Shown here: piece by piece, positions 1-8,424 of the stretch | Position numbering within the stretch: the first letter of the stretch is position 1 | How the letters are laid out: the number at the start of each line of letters is the position of its first letter | Notes under the pieces: model-generated | The model's input: only the letters and a program-made list of their open reading frames with translations | Database searches by the model: none | What the model was told of the DNA's origin: nothing | Program-made: the position numbers and the translations under genes | Source: an uncultured delta proteobacterium | Lineage (GTDB): Bacteria > Myxococcota > Myxococcia > Myxococcales > Anaeromyxobacteraceae | Direction of reading: 5' to 3' | NCBI GenBank assembly: GCA_963845515.1 | Contig: CAWJSR010000049.1 | Coordinates: 32,001 to 96,000 of the forward strand | Length of the DNA stretch: 64,000 nucleotides

Positions 1-1044
1 GGACAGGCGCGAGATGTCAGCGCTCAGGTCGCCGCAGCGCTCGAAACTGCGCGCGCCGCGACCAACGCTGCAAGTGACGCCGCGGCGCGAGCCGAGGCGC
101 TGAGAACTCAAGTCGAGCAGGCGGCCCAGGTCGCGGAGACACGCTCGGCACACATCGAGGACGGGCGGAAGTACGTCGATACGAAGCGGGCCGAGATCGA
201 CGTGATCCTCAATGGCGCTCAGCAATCTGCCGCCGGTGCCACGGCGCACCAGGCATCGGCCCGGGCCACCGTGGAGGCGCTCACTGCCCTACATGCGACT
301 GCGCAGCAGGTCGTGAGTTCTTCGCAAGGGTTGGCGGAGGAGAGCGCCGCGGCTCGTGCCAGCGTCGAGGAGGACTCCCAGGCGACGACGCGACTGGCCC
401 ACATCGCCGCAGAGACTGAAGCGCGGATCGCGAAGTACGAGGCGCGACTCGCGGAGTTGGACGCAGCTTCCGCGAAACAAGGCAAGGTGATCGACGAGCT
501 GCTGCTCGGCGCAACGAATGCGGGGCTCGCGTCCGCGTTCGATAAGAGGAGTCAGACATTCAAGCGACCTGCGAGAACCTGGCAATACACCTTCGTTGGC
601 GCCCTTGGTGGTCTACTCGTCTTAGCGTTCGCCGAAGCCCGGGTCGGTACGTCCGGTCAGATTCTCAGCTGGACCGAACTTGCGCGGATGGCGGTCCATC
701 GGCTGCCATTCATGCTCCCGTTGATCTGGTTAGCCATTCATGCCGCGCGTCAAGCCTCTTTGGCGATGCGCATGGAGGAGGAGTACGGCTTCAAGGCTAC
801 GGTCTCCACATCCTTCGAGGGCTACAGGCGACAGATGGCCGAGGTAGGTGGGGACCTCGCGCTTGAGTCTCCCCTCGCTCGGCTGTGCACCGATACGCTT
901 AGGACGCTCTCCAAGCCCCCGGCCGATGTCTATGACAAGCATCGCATGGACCCGAATCCAGGGTCGGAGGCGGCGGAGAAGGTGCTGCCTATCCTCGAGG
1001 AACTTGCCAAGGTGGCCAACAGAATCCCCGGCATCAAGAGTTGA
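1..1044 (+). CDS. Coiled-coil protein with two C-terminal transmembrane helices (5' truncated by window edge)
   Basis: Frame 1 is open from base 1 to TGA at 1044. Ala/Glu/Gln-rich heptad region, then two hydrophobic helices (YTFVGALGGLLVLAF; LPFMLPLIWLAIHAA) and an EEEYGFK..SFEGYRRQ tail. Confidence 0.75.
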   Translation, partial: GQARDVSAQVAAALETARAATNAASDAAARAEALRTQVEQAAQVAETRSAHIEDGRKYVDTKRAEIDVILNGAQQSAAGATAHQASARATVEALTALHATAQQVVSSSQGLAEESAAARASVEEDSQATTRLAHIAAETEARIAKYEARLAELDAASAKQGKVIDELLLGATNAGLASAFDKRSQTFKRPARTWQYTFVGALGGLLVLAFAEARVGTSGQILSWTELARMAVHRLPFMLPLIWLAIHAARQASLAMRMEEEYGFKATVSTSFEGYRRQMAEVGGDLALESPLARLCTDTLRTLSKPPADVYDKHRMDPNPGSEAAEKVLPILEELAKVANRIPGIKS

Positions 1045-1156
1045 GTCACAGCAGCCTTGGGAACCCGCCTTGAGAAGGTGGCAGTCGCTTCGCACCGACG
1101 AATCCGGACAGGGTGCCGCCGGCGCCATGCAGCCCAGCCTATGAGCGGGAATCACC

Positions 1157-2851
1157 ATGACCGATGAAGTGGGACGGCCGGTGCTGCCAATTGGCGAGGA
1201 GGGAGAGCACTTCGATCGCAAGTCGCTCAGGCTCGTGACCAGTCCTCACGCCGACTGGGACGACGTCGCCAGGTCTTGCGTTGCGTTCGCGAATGGCGCT
1301 GGTGGGCGGCTCCTAGTCGGGATTGAGGATGACGTGGCGCTTCCGCGCCCGGGTCAGCAGGTCGATCCCGGGCTCGTCGAGAAGTTCAAGAAGAGGGTCG
1401 GGGAGCTCACGTCCAACGTGACCGTGGTGCCTGAGTTGAAGACGCATGAAAACGGTGGCCAGTACCTGGACGTCCATGTTCTTCGGGCTTCGGGGATCGC
1501 CTCGACGAGCGACGGTCGCTTCTTCTTGCGGGTTGGGGATGAGTGCAAGCCGCTCGTTGGCGAGGACGTGGCGCGACTCATCAATGAACGACCGGCGACA
1601 CCGTGGGAGTTCCTCGTCACAAGCGGTAGCGTTCGCACCGAGGCCGATGAATCCAAGGTGAAGTCGTTGTGCGATGCCCTCCGCGCATCGCCGCGAGTGA
1701 AGCCTTCGGTGAAGGAGAAGTCCAGCGAAGAGCTGCTGGCGCACTACCTGCTCTCCGCGGGCACGGACTTGACGAACCTCGGGGTGCTGCTGGTGGGCAC
1801 CGCCCGTCAACGAAGCCGGTTGGGGAGTGCGCCGGTCGTGCAGTTTATCAAGTACGACGAGCGTGGGACCAAGACGAACAAGGTGGCCTGGGACGACTAC
1901 TCCCTGTCGCCGATGGAGCTCCTCGATGCGGTGTGGCGAGAGGTCCCTGACTTCAGGGAGACCTACGAGGTACCCGATGGCCTCCTCAGGACGACGGTCC
2001 CCGCGTTCGAGGAGGTGGTCCTGCGCGAGGTCCTCGTCAACGCGCTGGTGCATCGCCCCTACACGCAGCGCGGCGACATCTACCTGAACCTCCACCCGGA
2101 TCGACTCGAGGTCGTCAACCCGGGGCGGCTGCCGCTGGGAGTCACTCCGCGGAACATCCTGCACGAAAGCCGGCGTCGCAACGACGGCCTGGCGCGCGTC
2201 TTCAGCGATCTGGGCCTCATGGAGCGGGAAGGGAGCGGCTTCGACCTGATCTATGACCGGCTGCTGCAAAGCGGCCGGCAGGTTCCGGAGATCACGGAGG
2301 GCGTGGACTCCGTCCACGTCACGGTTCCACGCCGGGTAATTCGGCCCGAGCTCATACGGCTGCTGAGGGAGGCGAACGATAGGTTCCAACTCGGTCAGCG
2401 GGAGCGCATTACGTTGGGCGTACTGGCCCTCACGGAAGGGCTGACTGCAGCGGAGTTCGCAAAGCGCCTCGAGCTACCTGATGCCGCCACGCTGCATGCG
2501 TGGACTGACCGCTTGCTCGAACTGGGGCTGATCGAGCCGGTGGGGCGTACCCGGGCGACGAGGTACTTCGTGCCGCCCGCGCTCCTGCGTTCAGCCGGCC
2601 TCGATCTGAAGACGACCCTCAAGCGCGTCCAGCCCCACAGGTTGCGGGCACTGATCCTGGAAGACCTGGAGCGGTTCCCGAACTCCTCGATCTCCGAGAT
2701 CCACCGCCGCATCGGGACTGAGATCAACGCGAAGACTCTGAAACGTGCCATCGACGGGCTGATTGTCGAGAAGCTGGCGGAGCCCACGGGGCGTAGGCGA
2801 TGGACCCGGTACAGACTGATCCCGGGCGGTTCTAAAGGACAGGAGCCGTGA
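1157..2851 (+). CDS. Schlafen/AlbA_2 domain + HATPase_c_4 (RecG C-terminal-like) + winged-helix protein
   Basis: N-terminal EGEHFDRKS...CVAFANGAGGRLLVGIEDD (AlbA_2). Central REVLVNALVHRPY, NPG, RN..LA.VF, MEREGSGF (HATPase_c_4). Two C-terminal wHTH repeats (G.TRATRY, GRRRWTRY). Confidence 0.85.
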   Translation: MTDEVGRPVLPIGEEGEHFDRKSLRLVTSPHADWDDVARSCVAFANGAGGRLLVGIEDDVALPRPGQQVDPGLVEKFKKRVGELTSNVTVVPELKTHENGGQYLDVHVLRASGIASTSDGRFFLRVGDECKPLVGEDVARLINERPATPWEFLVTSGSVRTEADESKVKSLCDALRASPRVKPSVKEKSSEELLAHYLLSAGTDLTNLGVLLVGTARQRSRLGSAPVVQFIKYDERGTKTNKVAWDDYSLSPMELLDAVWREVPDFRETYEVPDGLLRTTVPAFEEVVLREVLVNALVHRPYTQRGDIYLNLHPDRLEVVNPGRLPLGVTPRNILHESRRRNDGLARVFSDLGLMEREGSGFDLIYDRLLQSGRQVPEITEGVDSVHVTVPRRVIRPELIRLLREANDRFQLGQRERITLGVLALTEGLTAAEFAKRLELPDAATLHAWTDRLLELGLIEPVGRTRATRYFVPPALLRSAGLDLKTTLKRVQPHRLRALILEDLERFPNSSISEIHRRIGTEINAKTLKRAIDGLIVEKLAEPTGRRRWTRYRLIPGGSKGQEP

Positions 2852-3237
2852 CGGTGTCCCATAGGATTAGCGCGGGGCGATGCAACCGCACGAAGATACG
2901 GGACAATTCTAAAGGACGACTGGCGGTGCAAGAGCGATTCCTGGATCTCTTGTCCAAGATCCGCGCCGAGGCGCGGTCGCAGCCGACGAGGCGATCGCCA
3001 TCGCTTCTGACGAGGCTCGAATAGGCCGCCGTCGACAACGTTTTCGACCGCATGCGGAGGTGCAAAGGGCGGCCGCAGAGGGCAAGACGAGCTCGTGGCC
3101 CTCCTGATGCTGCTGGCGGCGCGCCCCGCGCGGCTCTAGCAGGTCACGCGCGTCCGGGAGACTGGGAACCTTTCGCCGTGTTCAGGGAGCCTTACTGGGA
3201 GCCGGTGAGGGCGGCCCAACTGGCAGCCCTCGCCGGC

Positions 3238-3849
3238 TCAGAACGCCTCGCGCAGCCTCCGCGCCTCCGCGCGGGCCCGCCCCAGGAGCGAGTTGACGGC
3301 GCCGTAGGAGCCGAGCCCTAGCAGCGACACGGCGTCGGCGATCCGGACGCCGTCGACGTCGACCAGCGCGAGCGCGCGCGCGTGGGCGGGCGCCAGCCGC
3401 GCGAACACCTCCCGCACCTCGGCCGCCGCCTCCAGCCGCCGCTCGGCGTGGAATACGCCGCGCTCGCGGAACAGGGGATCGATCTCGGCGTGCTTGGCCC
3501 GTCGCGTCGAGCGATCCCGGAGGAGCCGCGCCACCTTCCGGTGGGCGACCATCCGGACGAAGCCCCGGAAGGGCAGCCCCTCCGGCGGCGCCTCGTATCG
3601 CTCCCACCCCGTCCGCTGGGTCGCCTCGTCCCGCTCGCACAGATCCGCGAAGACGTCGGCGGCCGCGCCGCGCACGTCGAGGTGGGCGGCAGGAAGACGG
3701 AGCGCGGCGGCGAAGATCCTGCAGACGTCGCCGAGCGTGTCGGAGTAGAGCTTCGCCTGGGCGACCCGGTCGCCCTTGCGGGCGCGGTCGATGACGGCGG
3801 GGTCCTCGGCGGGGCGGAGGTCGGCGGTCTCTGAGTTGGTTTCGGTCAT
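3238..3849 (-). CDS. ECF-type RNA polymerase sigma-70 factor
   Basis: DRARKGDRVAQAKLY N-terminus, FRGFVRMVAHRKV region 2, RLAPAHARALALVDVDG..IADA...VNSLLGRARA region 4. Confidence 0.75.
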   Translation of the reverse strand: MTETNSETADLRPAEDPAVIDRARKGDRVAQAKLYSDTLGDVCRIFAAALRLPAAHLDVRGAAADVFADLCERDEATQRTGWERYEAPPEGLPFRGFVRMVAHRKVARLLRDRSTRRAKHAEIDPLFRERGVFHAERRLEAAAEVREVFARLAPAHARALALVDVDGVRIADAVSLLGLGSYGAVNSLLGRARAEARRLREAF

Positions 3850-3981
3850 GGCGATTGGATGGCCGCGACGGCGGCTTCAACGGGGAAGCGTCCGCTCTCC
3901 CCCGAACGGCCAGAGAATTCGTCGGGATCGCGCAACCGCGCGGAATCCGTGACTTTCGCGATCGGTTAAGATGGCGCGCCG

Positions 3982-4716
3982 ATGGCCTTCACGCTCGATG
4001 ACCTCCCCACCGTCTACGACGAGCTCCGGCGAAAGGCCCGGGAGATGTCCCGCGCCGCGCCCGGGACGCTGGTGGACACCGCCGGCCTCCACGAGGCGCT
4101 CGTGCGGGTCATCGGTGGAGAGCGGCGCGAGTGGAACGATCGCGCGCACTTCATCGGCCACTGCCTCATCGCGCTGCGCCGGACCTGGATCGATCACTGG
4201 CGCTCGCGCCGCCGTCACCACCCCGTCGAGGCGGCGCGCGCCGCCGCGGCGCTGGGGCGCGACGAGCGGGTGCAGGACCCGGAGGAGATCCTCGGGGCGC
4301 TGCGGCTCCTCGAGACGCTCGCCGCCGACGAGTCGGTCAAGCAGAGGGCCAGGATCGTCGAGGTCGTCGAGTGCCGCCACCTGCTCGGCATGACGGTCTC
4401 CGAGGTCGCGGAGGTGGTCGGCGCCTCTCCCTCCAGCGTCAAGGCGTGGCTCGCCTTCTTCCGGTCCTGGGCCCTCGCCCGGATCGCGCCGGAGCGCTCG
4501 TCCATCGACGCCGCGGTGGGGCGGCTGGAGCGGGACGCCTCGCTCCGCAGCGCCGCGCGGATCGCCGAGGTCGCGCGCCGCGTCTGCCTCGACCTGGAGC
4601 GCCCCGCGGACGTGGCGGCCAGCACCGGCAGGAGCACCCGCGACGTGCTCGCCGACCTGCGCTTCTTCTACGCGTGGATGGAGCGCGGCGACGAGGGACG
4701 AGGAGAGCTGCCGTGA
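3982..4716 (+). CDS. ECF sigma factor of the kinase-associated (TIGR02999/Sigma70_ECF-like) type with a duplicated region 4
   Basis: LPTVYDELRRKA, TAGLHEALVR, WNDRAHF...RRTWIDHWR motifs. Two similar C-terminal HTH segments. Stop overlaps the kinase start (GTGA). Confidence 0.8.
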   Translation: MAFTLDDLPTVYDELRRKAREMSRAAPGTLVDTAGLHEALVRVIGGERREWNDRAHFIGHCLIALRRTWIDHWRSRRRHHPVEAARAAAALGRDERVQDPEEILGALRLLETLAADESVKQRARIVEVVECRHLLGMTVSEVAEVVGASPSSVKAWLAFFRSWALARIAPERSSIDAAVGRLERDASLRSAARIAEVARRVCLDLERPADVAASTGRSTRDVLADLRFFYAWMERGDEGRGELP

Positions 4717-6551
4717 CGCTGGGGATCGACGAGATCTGGCTGGAGGTCGCCCCGCTCCGAGGAGGCGCCCGCGAGCGGAAGCTGGAGGAGCTCTGCGCCG
4801 GGGACCCCGACCTCGCCGCCCGCGTCCGCGCGCTCCTCCCGTCCGACGAGGAGTCGACCGGGGCGCGGCTCGAGCCGCCCTGCCGGCTCGGTCCCTACGG
4901 GCTGCTGGAGCGGATCGCGAGCGGGGCCCACGGCGACGTCTACCGCGCGACGCGGGAGGACATCGAGGGGCAGGTGGCGCTCAAGGTGCTGCGCAGGCTC
5001 CCCGGGGCGAGCGAGCTGGTCTCGGAGGTCCGGCGGGAGGCGAGCTCCGCGCGGCGCATCCCGAGCGAGCACGTCGTGGCGGTCCACGGCGCGGGGCAGA
5101 TCCCGGGCGGCCCCGGCTACATCGAGATGGCGCTCTGCGCGGATCCCGATCCGATGCACCCCGGCGCGATCCGGATGGGCACGTCGCTGCGCCACGAGGC
5201 GATCGGCCCCGGCGGCCCGCGCCTGCCGGTCATGGAGGTGGCGCGGCTGCTGGAGCTGGCCTGCAGGGGCGCCGAGGCTGCACACCGGACTGGCGTCGTC
5301 CACGGCGACATCAAGCCGGAGAACGTCCTCGTCACGCCGATCAGCCGGCGCGTGATGCTGGCCGACTTCGGGATCGCCACGACCATGGCCCGCCACGACG
5401 GCGCCACAGCGCCCGACGGGAAGGTCCGGGCCGGGACGCTGGGCTACATGGCGCCCGAGCAGTTCTCGGACGGGCGCCAGGCCGACGTTCATTCCGACGT
5501 GTACCAGCTGGGTGGGACCCTCCTCTTTGCCCTGACCGGGGAGGTGCCTCACCCCGGCCGCCGCCTCGGCCCCGACGGGCTCGTCGACGCGCCGCGGACC
5601 GCGGTCCCGCCCTTCGTCCCGCAGCGGCTGGCCGAGATCGTGGACCGCGCGCTGGACCCGGAGCCGGAGCAGCGCTACCGCTCGGCGGGCGAGATGGCGG
5701 AGCAGCTGCGGCGCTTCCGCGAGCGGCTCCCCACCTACGACGACGAGCCGCAGCTGCGGCGCAGGGCGGCGCTCTTCGCGGAGCGCCACGCGAGCGTCCT
5801 GGTGGCGCTCTCCGGGGCGATCATCGTCTCCGCCCTCATCGGCCTGACCGGCTGGCGTTCCTTCACGGGGATCGTCCGCGATCGCGAGGCGCAGCTGGGC
5901 GAGCTCGAGGGGCGCCAGGCGGCGCTCGACGCCGACGGCAAGCGGCTGCACGCCGCCAACGCGGACCTCAGCGAGAAGCGGGCAGCGCTCGAGGCGCAGG
6001 TGGCCGAGCTCGAGGAGCGCATCGACGACTCCCGCCGGCCGCTCAGGGAGCTGCCGAAGGTCCGGGCCGAGCTCGCGGCGGCGAAGGCTGGCCTCTCGGA
6101 GCGCGAGCGGGCGCTCGCCGAGGCGCGGGCGGAGGCGCGGGCACGGGCCGACTCGGCGGAGGCGGCGCGGCGCGAGGCCGAGGAGCGGGCTGCGAGGCTA
6201 CAGGGATCGCTCGCGGCCGCGGAGCGGGCGGCGCAGCGGGTGGAGGCGGAGCTGGATCGCGCGAGGGAGCAGCTCGAGCGCCGCGCGAGGCTGGAGGCGG
6301 AGCGGGACGCGGCGAGGGAGCGTGCGATGGCGCTGGACGCGCGCGCCACGGCGCTGGAGAGGCAGGCCGCGGTCCTCGAGGACCGGCTCGACGCCTCTAC
6401 CCGCGCTGCCGAGGAGCTGCGGGCCAGGCTGCGCGAGGCGGAGCGGAAGGCGGCGGCGGCCCGGCGGCCGGCGGCCGCGCCCGCGGCAGCGCCTGGCCCG
6501 CCGCCGGTGTCGCCCGCGCCGCCGCCTACGGGCTTCTCAACGGGTCGGTAG
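4713..6551 (+). CDS. Membrane Ser/Thr protein kinase (Hanks type) with C-terminal coiled coil
   Basis: AGGAG RBS at 4701, GTG at 4713. IASGAHGDVY, VALK, HGDIKPEN, DFG, GTLGYMAPE motifs; N-terminal LEELCAGDPDLAARVRALL; one TM helix, then a long coiled coil and Pro-rich tail. Confidence 0.9.
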   Translation: MTLGIDEIWLEVAPLRGGARERKLEELCAGDPDLAARVRALLPSDEESTGARLEPPCRLGPYGLLERIASGAHGDVYRATREDIEGQVALKVLRRLPGASELVSEVRREASSARRIPSEHVVAVHGAGQIPGGPGYIEMALCADPDPMHPGAIRMGTSLRHEAIGPGGPRLPVMEVARLLELACRGAEAAHRTGVVHGDIKPENVLVTPISRRVMLADFGIATTMARHDGATAPDGKVRAGTLGYMAPEQFSDGRQADVHSDVYQLGGTLLFALTGEVPHPGRRLGPDGLVDAPRTAVPPFVPQRLAEIVDRALDPEPEQRYRSAGEMAEQLRRFRERLPTYDDEPQLRRRAALFAERHASVLVALSGAIIVSALIGLTGWRSFTGIVRDREAQLGELEGRQAALDADGKRLHAANADLSEKRAALEAQVAELEERIDDSRRPLRELPKVRAELAAAKAGLSERERALAEARAEARARADSAEAARREAEERAARLQGSLAAAERAAQRVEAELDRAREQLERRARLEAERDAARERAMALDARATALERQAAVLEDRLDASTRAAEELRARLREAERKAAAARRPAAAPAAAPGPPPVSPAPPPTGFSTGR

Positions 6552-6737
6552 GAGCAGCGCGGCCGGCAGCGCCACGATGCGGGCCAGCGCCGCGCCGAGC
6601 GCCCGCAGGAGCCGCTCGGCGCGGCGTGCCCGCTCCCGCCGCCGGGAGGTCCGCTCGACCTGGAGGAAGAGCGCGATCTCGTCAGGCGTGCACCCGCCTG
6701 CCATGAGCTCGGCCACGACTTCTCTCCTGGTCGCCAT
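6537..6737 (-). CDS. Small hypothetical protein (66 aa)
   Basis: GGAG upstream of ATG; directly downstream of the OmpA-family gene; basic middle and hydrophobic C-terminus. Confidence 0.5.
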   Translation of the reverse strand: MATRREVVAELMAGGCTPDEIALFLQVERTSRRRERARRAERLLRALGAALARIVALPAALLLPTR

Positions 6738-6765
6738 GGTCGGCTCCGATCGCGCGCGGTGGGGA

Positions 6766-7314
6766 TCAGGCGCCCGGGACGACGCGCTCGCCGTCCGAGA
6801 GCTTCTCGCCGGGGGAGCGCAGCTCGGCCCGGCGGTTCTCGGTCCAGGCCTGCTCGGTCTCGGAGCGCACGAGCGGGTAGGCCTCGCCGTAGCTCACGGC
6901 CTCGACCTCGGCGACGACGCCCAGCTTCTGGAGGAAGCCCCGGACGCCCTCGGCGCGGCGCTGCCCGAGGGCGATGTTGTAGGCCTCGGTGCCGCGGTCG
7001 TCGGCGTGCCCCTCGATGACCACCGCCGGGATCTTCTTCTGGGCGATGCACTTCGCGGTCTCCGAGAGCGCCTCACGCGCGGAGGACTCGAGCTGCGTGC
7101 TGTCGAAGGCGAAGTGGATGCGGGTCAGCGTGCAGGGGAGCGGCTCGGTCGGCGCGACCGACGGCTCCTCCGCGAGGGCGACAGTCGTGGTCACTGCAGG
7201 CTGGGCCTGCTCCGCCGGGCGAGCGGGGATCTCCTCGAGCGAGGCGTTGCGGGTGCCGGTGGTGGCGCAGGCGGCGAGCGAGAGGGCGGCGGCGACGACG
7301 GCGAGCTGCTTCAT
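6766..7314 (-). CDS. OmpA/Pal-family peptidoglycan-associated lipoprotein
   Basis: Lipobox LAAC; IHFAFDS, IEGHADDRGTEAYNIALGQRRA, SYGE, NRRAE motifs. Confidence 0.9.
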   Translation of the reverse strand: MKQLAVVAAALSLAACATTGTRNASLEEIPARPAEQAQPAVTTTVALAEEPSVAPTEPLPCTLTRIHFAFDSTQLESSAREALSETAKCIAQKKIPAVVIEGHADDRGTEAYNIALGQRRAEGVRGFLQKLGVVAEVEAVSYGEAYPLVRSETEQAWTENRRAELRSPGEKLSDGERVVPGA

Positions 7315-7458
7315 GACGGGGGCTCCGTGCGGATGGGGGTTGCCGGGCCGCGATCGGCGCGGCTCACCGTGACCTTCACCCCACGCCCGGTTTTCTCTCT
7401 CGCCCGCGGCGGCCGGCGCCGGGTAGAAGGGTTCGACCCGGCGAGCCGGGTGAACCCC

Positions 7459-8424
7459 ATGCCCTACCGCGGCCGCTACGCCCCGAGCCCCACCGGCCCC
7501 CTCCACCTCGGCAACGCCCGCACTGCCCTGATCGCGTGGCTCCACGCCAGGGCGGAGGGCGGGGCCTTCGTCCTGCGGGTGGAGGACCTGGACGGTCCGC
7601 GGGTCCGGCCGGGGATGGAGGCGCGCATCGTCGACGAGCTGCGCTGGCTCGGGCTGGACTGGGACGAGGGACCCGACGTCGGCGGGGCGCGCGGCCCCTA
7701 TCGCCAGTCGCTCCTCTCGGGGCGCTACGCGGCGGCGCTGGGCCGGCTGCGCGAGGCCGGGGTCGCCTACCCGTGCTTCTGCTCGCGCGCCGAGATCGCG
7801 GGCGCCTCGCACGCGCCGCACGGCCCCGGTGAGGAGGGGCCGCGCTACCCGGGCACCTGCCGCGACCTCTCGGGCGCCGAGGTGGCCCGCCGGTCCGCGC
7901 AGCGGCGGCCCGCGTGGCGGCTGCGGGTGGACGAGGGGGAGGTCTCCTTCGAAGACCTCGTCCACGGGCGGCAGTCGTTCGACGTCCAGGGGACCACGGG
8001 CGACTTCGTGGTGATGCGCGCGGACGGCATCGCCGCCTACCAGCTCGCGGTCGCCGTGGACGACGCCGCGATGGGGATCACCGACGTGGTGCGCGGCGAC
8101 GACCTGCTCCCCTCGACCGCGCGGCAGCTCCTGGTCTACCGCGCCCTCGGCCTCCCTGCGCCGCGCTTCGCCCACGTCCCGCTCGTCGTCGGTGAGGACG
8201 GGGAGCGGCTCGCGAAGCGCCACGGCGCCCTGTCTCTCGGCGAGCTGCGCGACCGCGGCGCCGATCCCGAGGCAGTGGTGGGGCTGCTGGCTGCGCTGTG
8301 CGGCCTCGCGCCCGTCGGGGCGCGCGTTCGCCCTCCCGACCTGGTGGCGGGCTTCGCGCTCGCGCGGTTGCGGCGCGGGGCTGCGGTGCTGCACGCCGAG
8401 CGCGTCGCCGCCCTGGGCGGTTGA
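7459..8424 (+). CDS. gluQ: tRNA glutamyl-Q(34) synthetase GluQRS
   Basis: RYAPSPTGPLHLGN, LRVEDLD, CFCSR, YPGTCR, YQLAVAVDD, RLAKR; ~320 aa with no anticodon-binding domain. Confidence 0.9.
   Translation: MPYRGRYAPSPTGPLHLGNARTALIAWLHARAEGGAFVLRVEDLDGPRVRPGMEARIVDELRWLGLDWDEGPDVGGARGPYRQSLLSGRYAAALGRLREAGVAYPCFCSRAEIAGASHAPHGPGEEGPRYPGTCRDLSGAEVARRSAQRRPAWRLRVDEGEVSFEDLVHGRQSFDVQGTTGDFVVMRADGIAAYQLAVAVDDAAMGITDVVRGDDLLPSTARQLLVYRALGLPAPRFAHVPLVVGEDGERLAKRHGALSLGELRDRGADPEAVVGLLAALCGLAPVGARVRPPDLVAGFALARLRRGAAVLHAERVAALGG

Noticed and set aside
2852..3237. tRNA gene or att site at the island boundary
   Set aside because: No cloverleaf or GGTTCGA T-loop motif recognised.
4131..4712. N-terminal extension of the kinase ORF (806-aa call)
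   Set aside because: It overlaps the ECF sigma gene out of frame. A good RBS and GTG at 4713 give the family-typical N-terminus.
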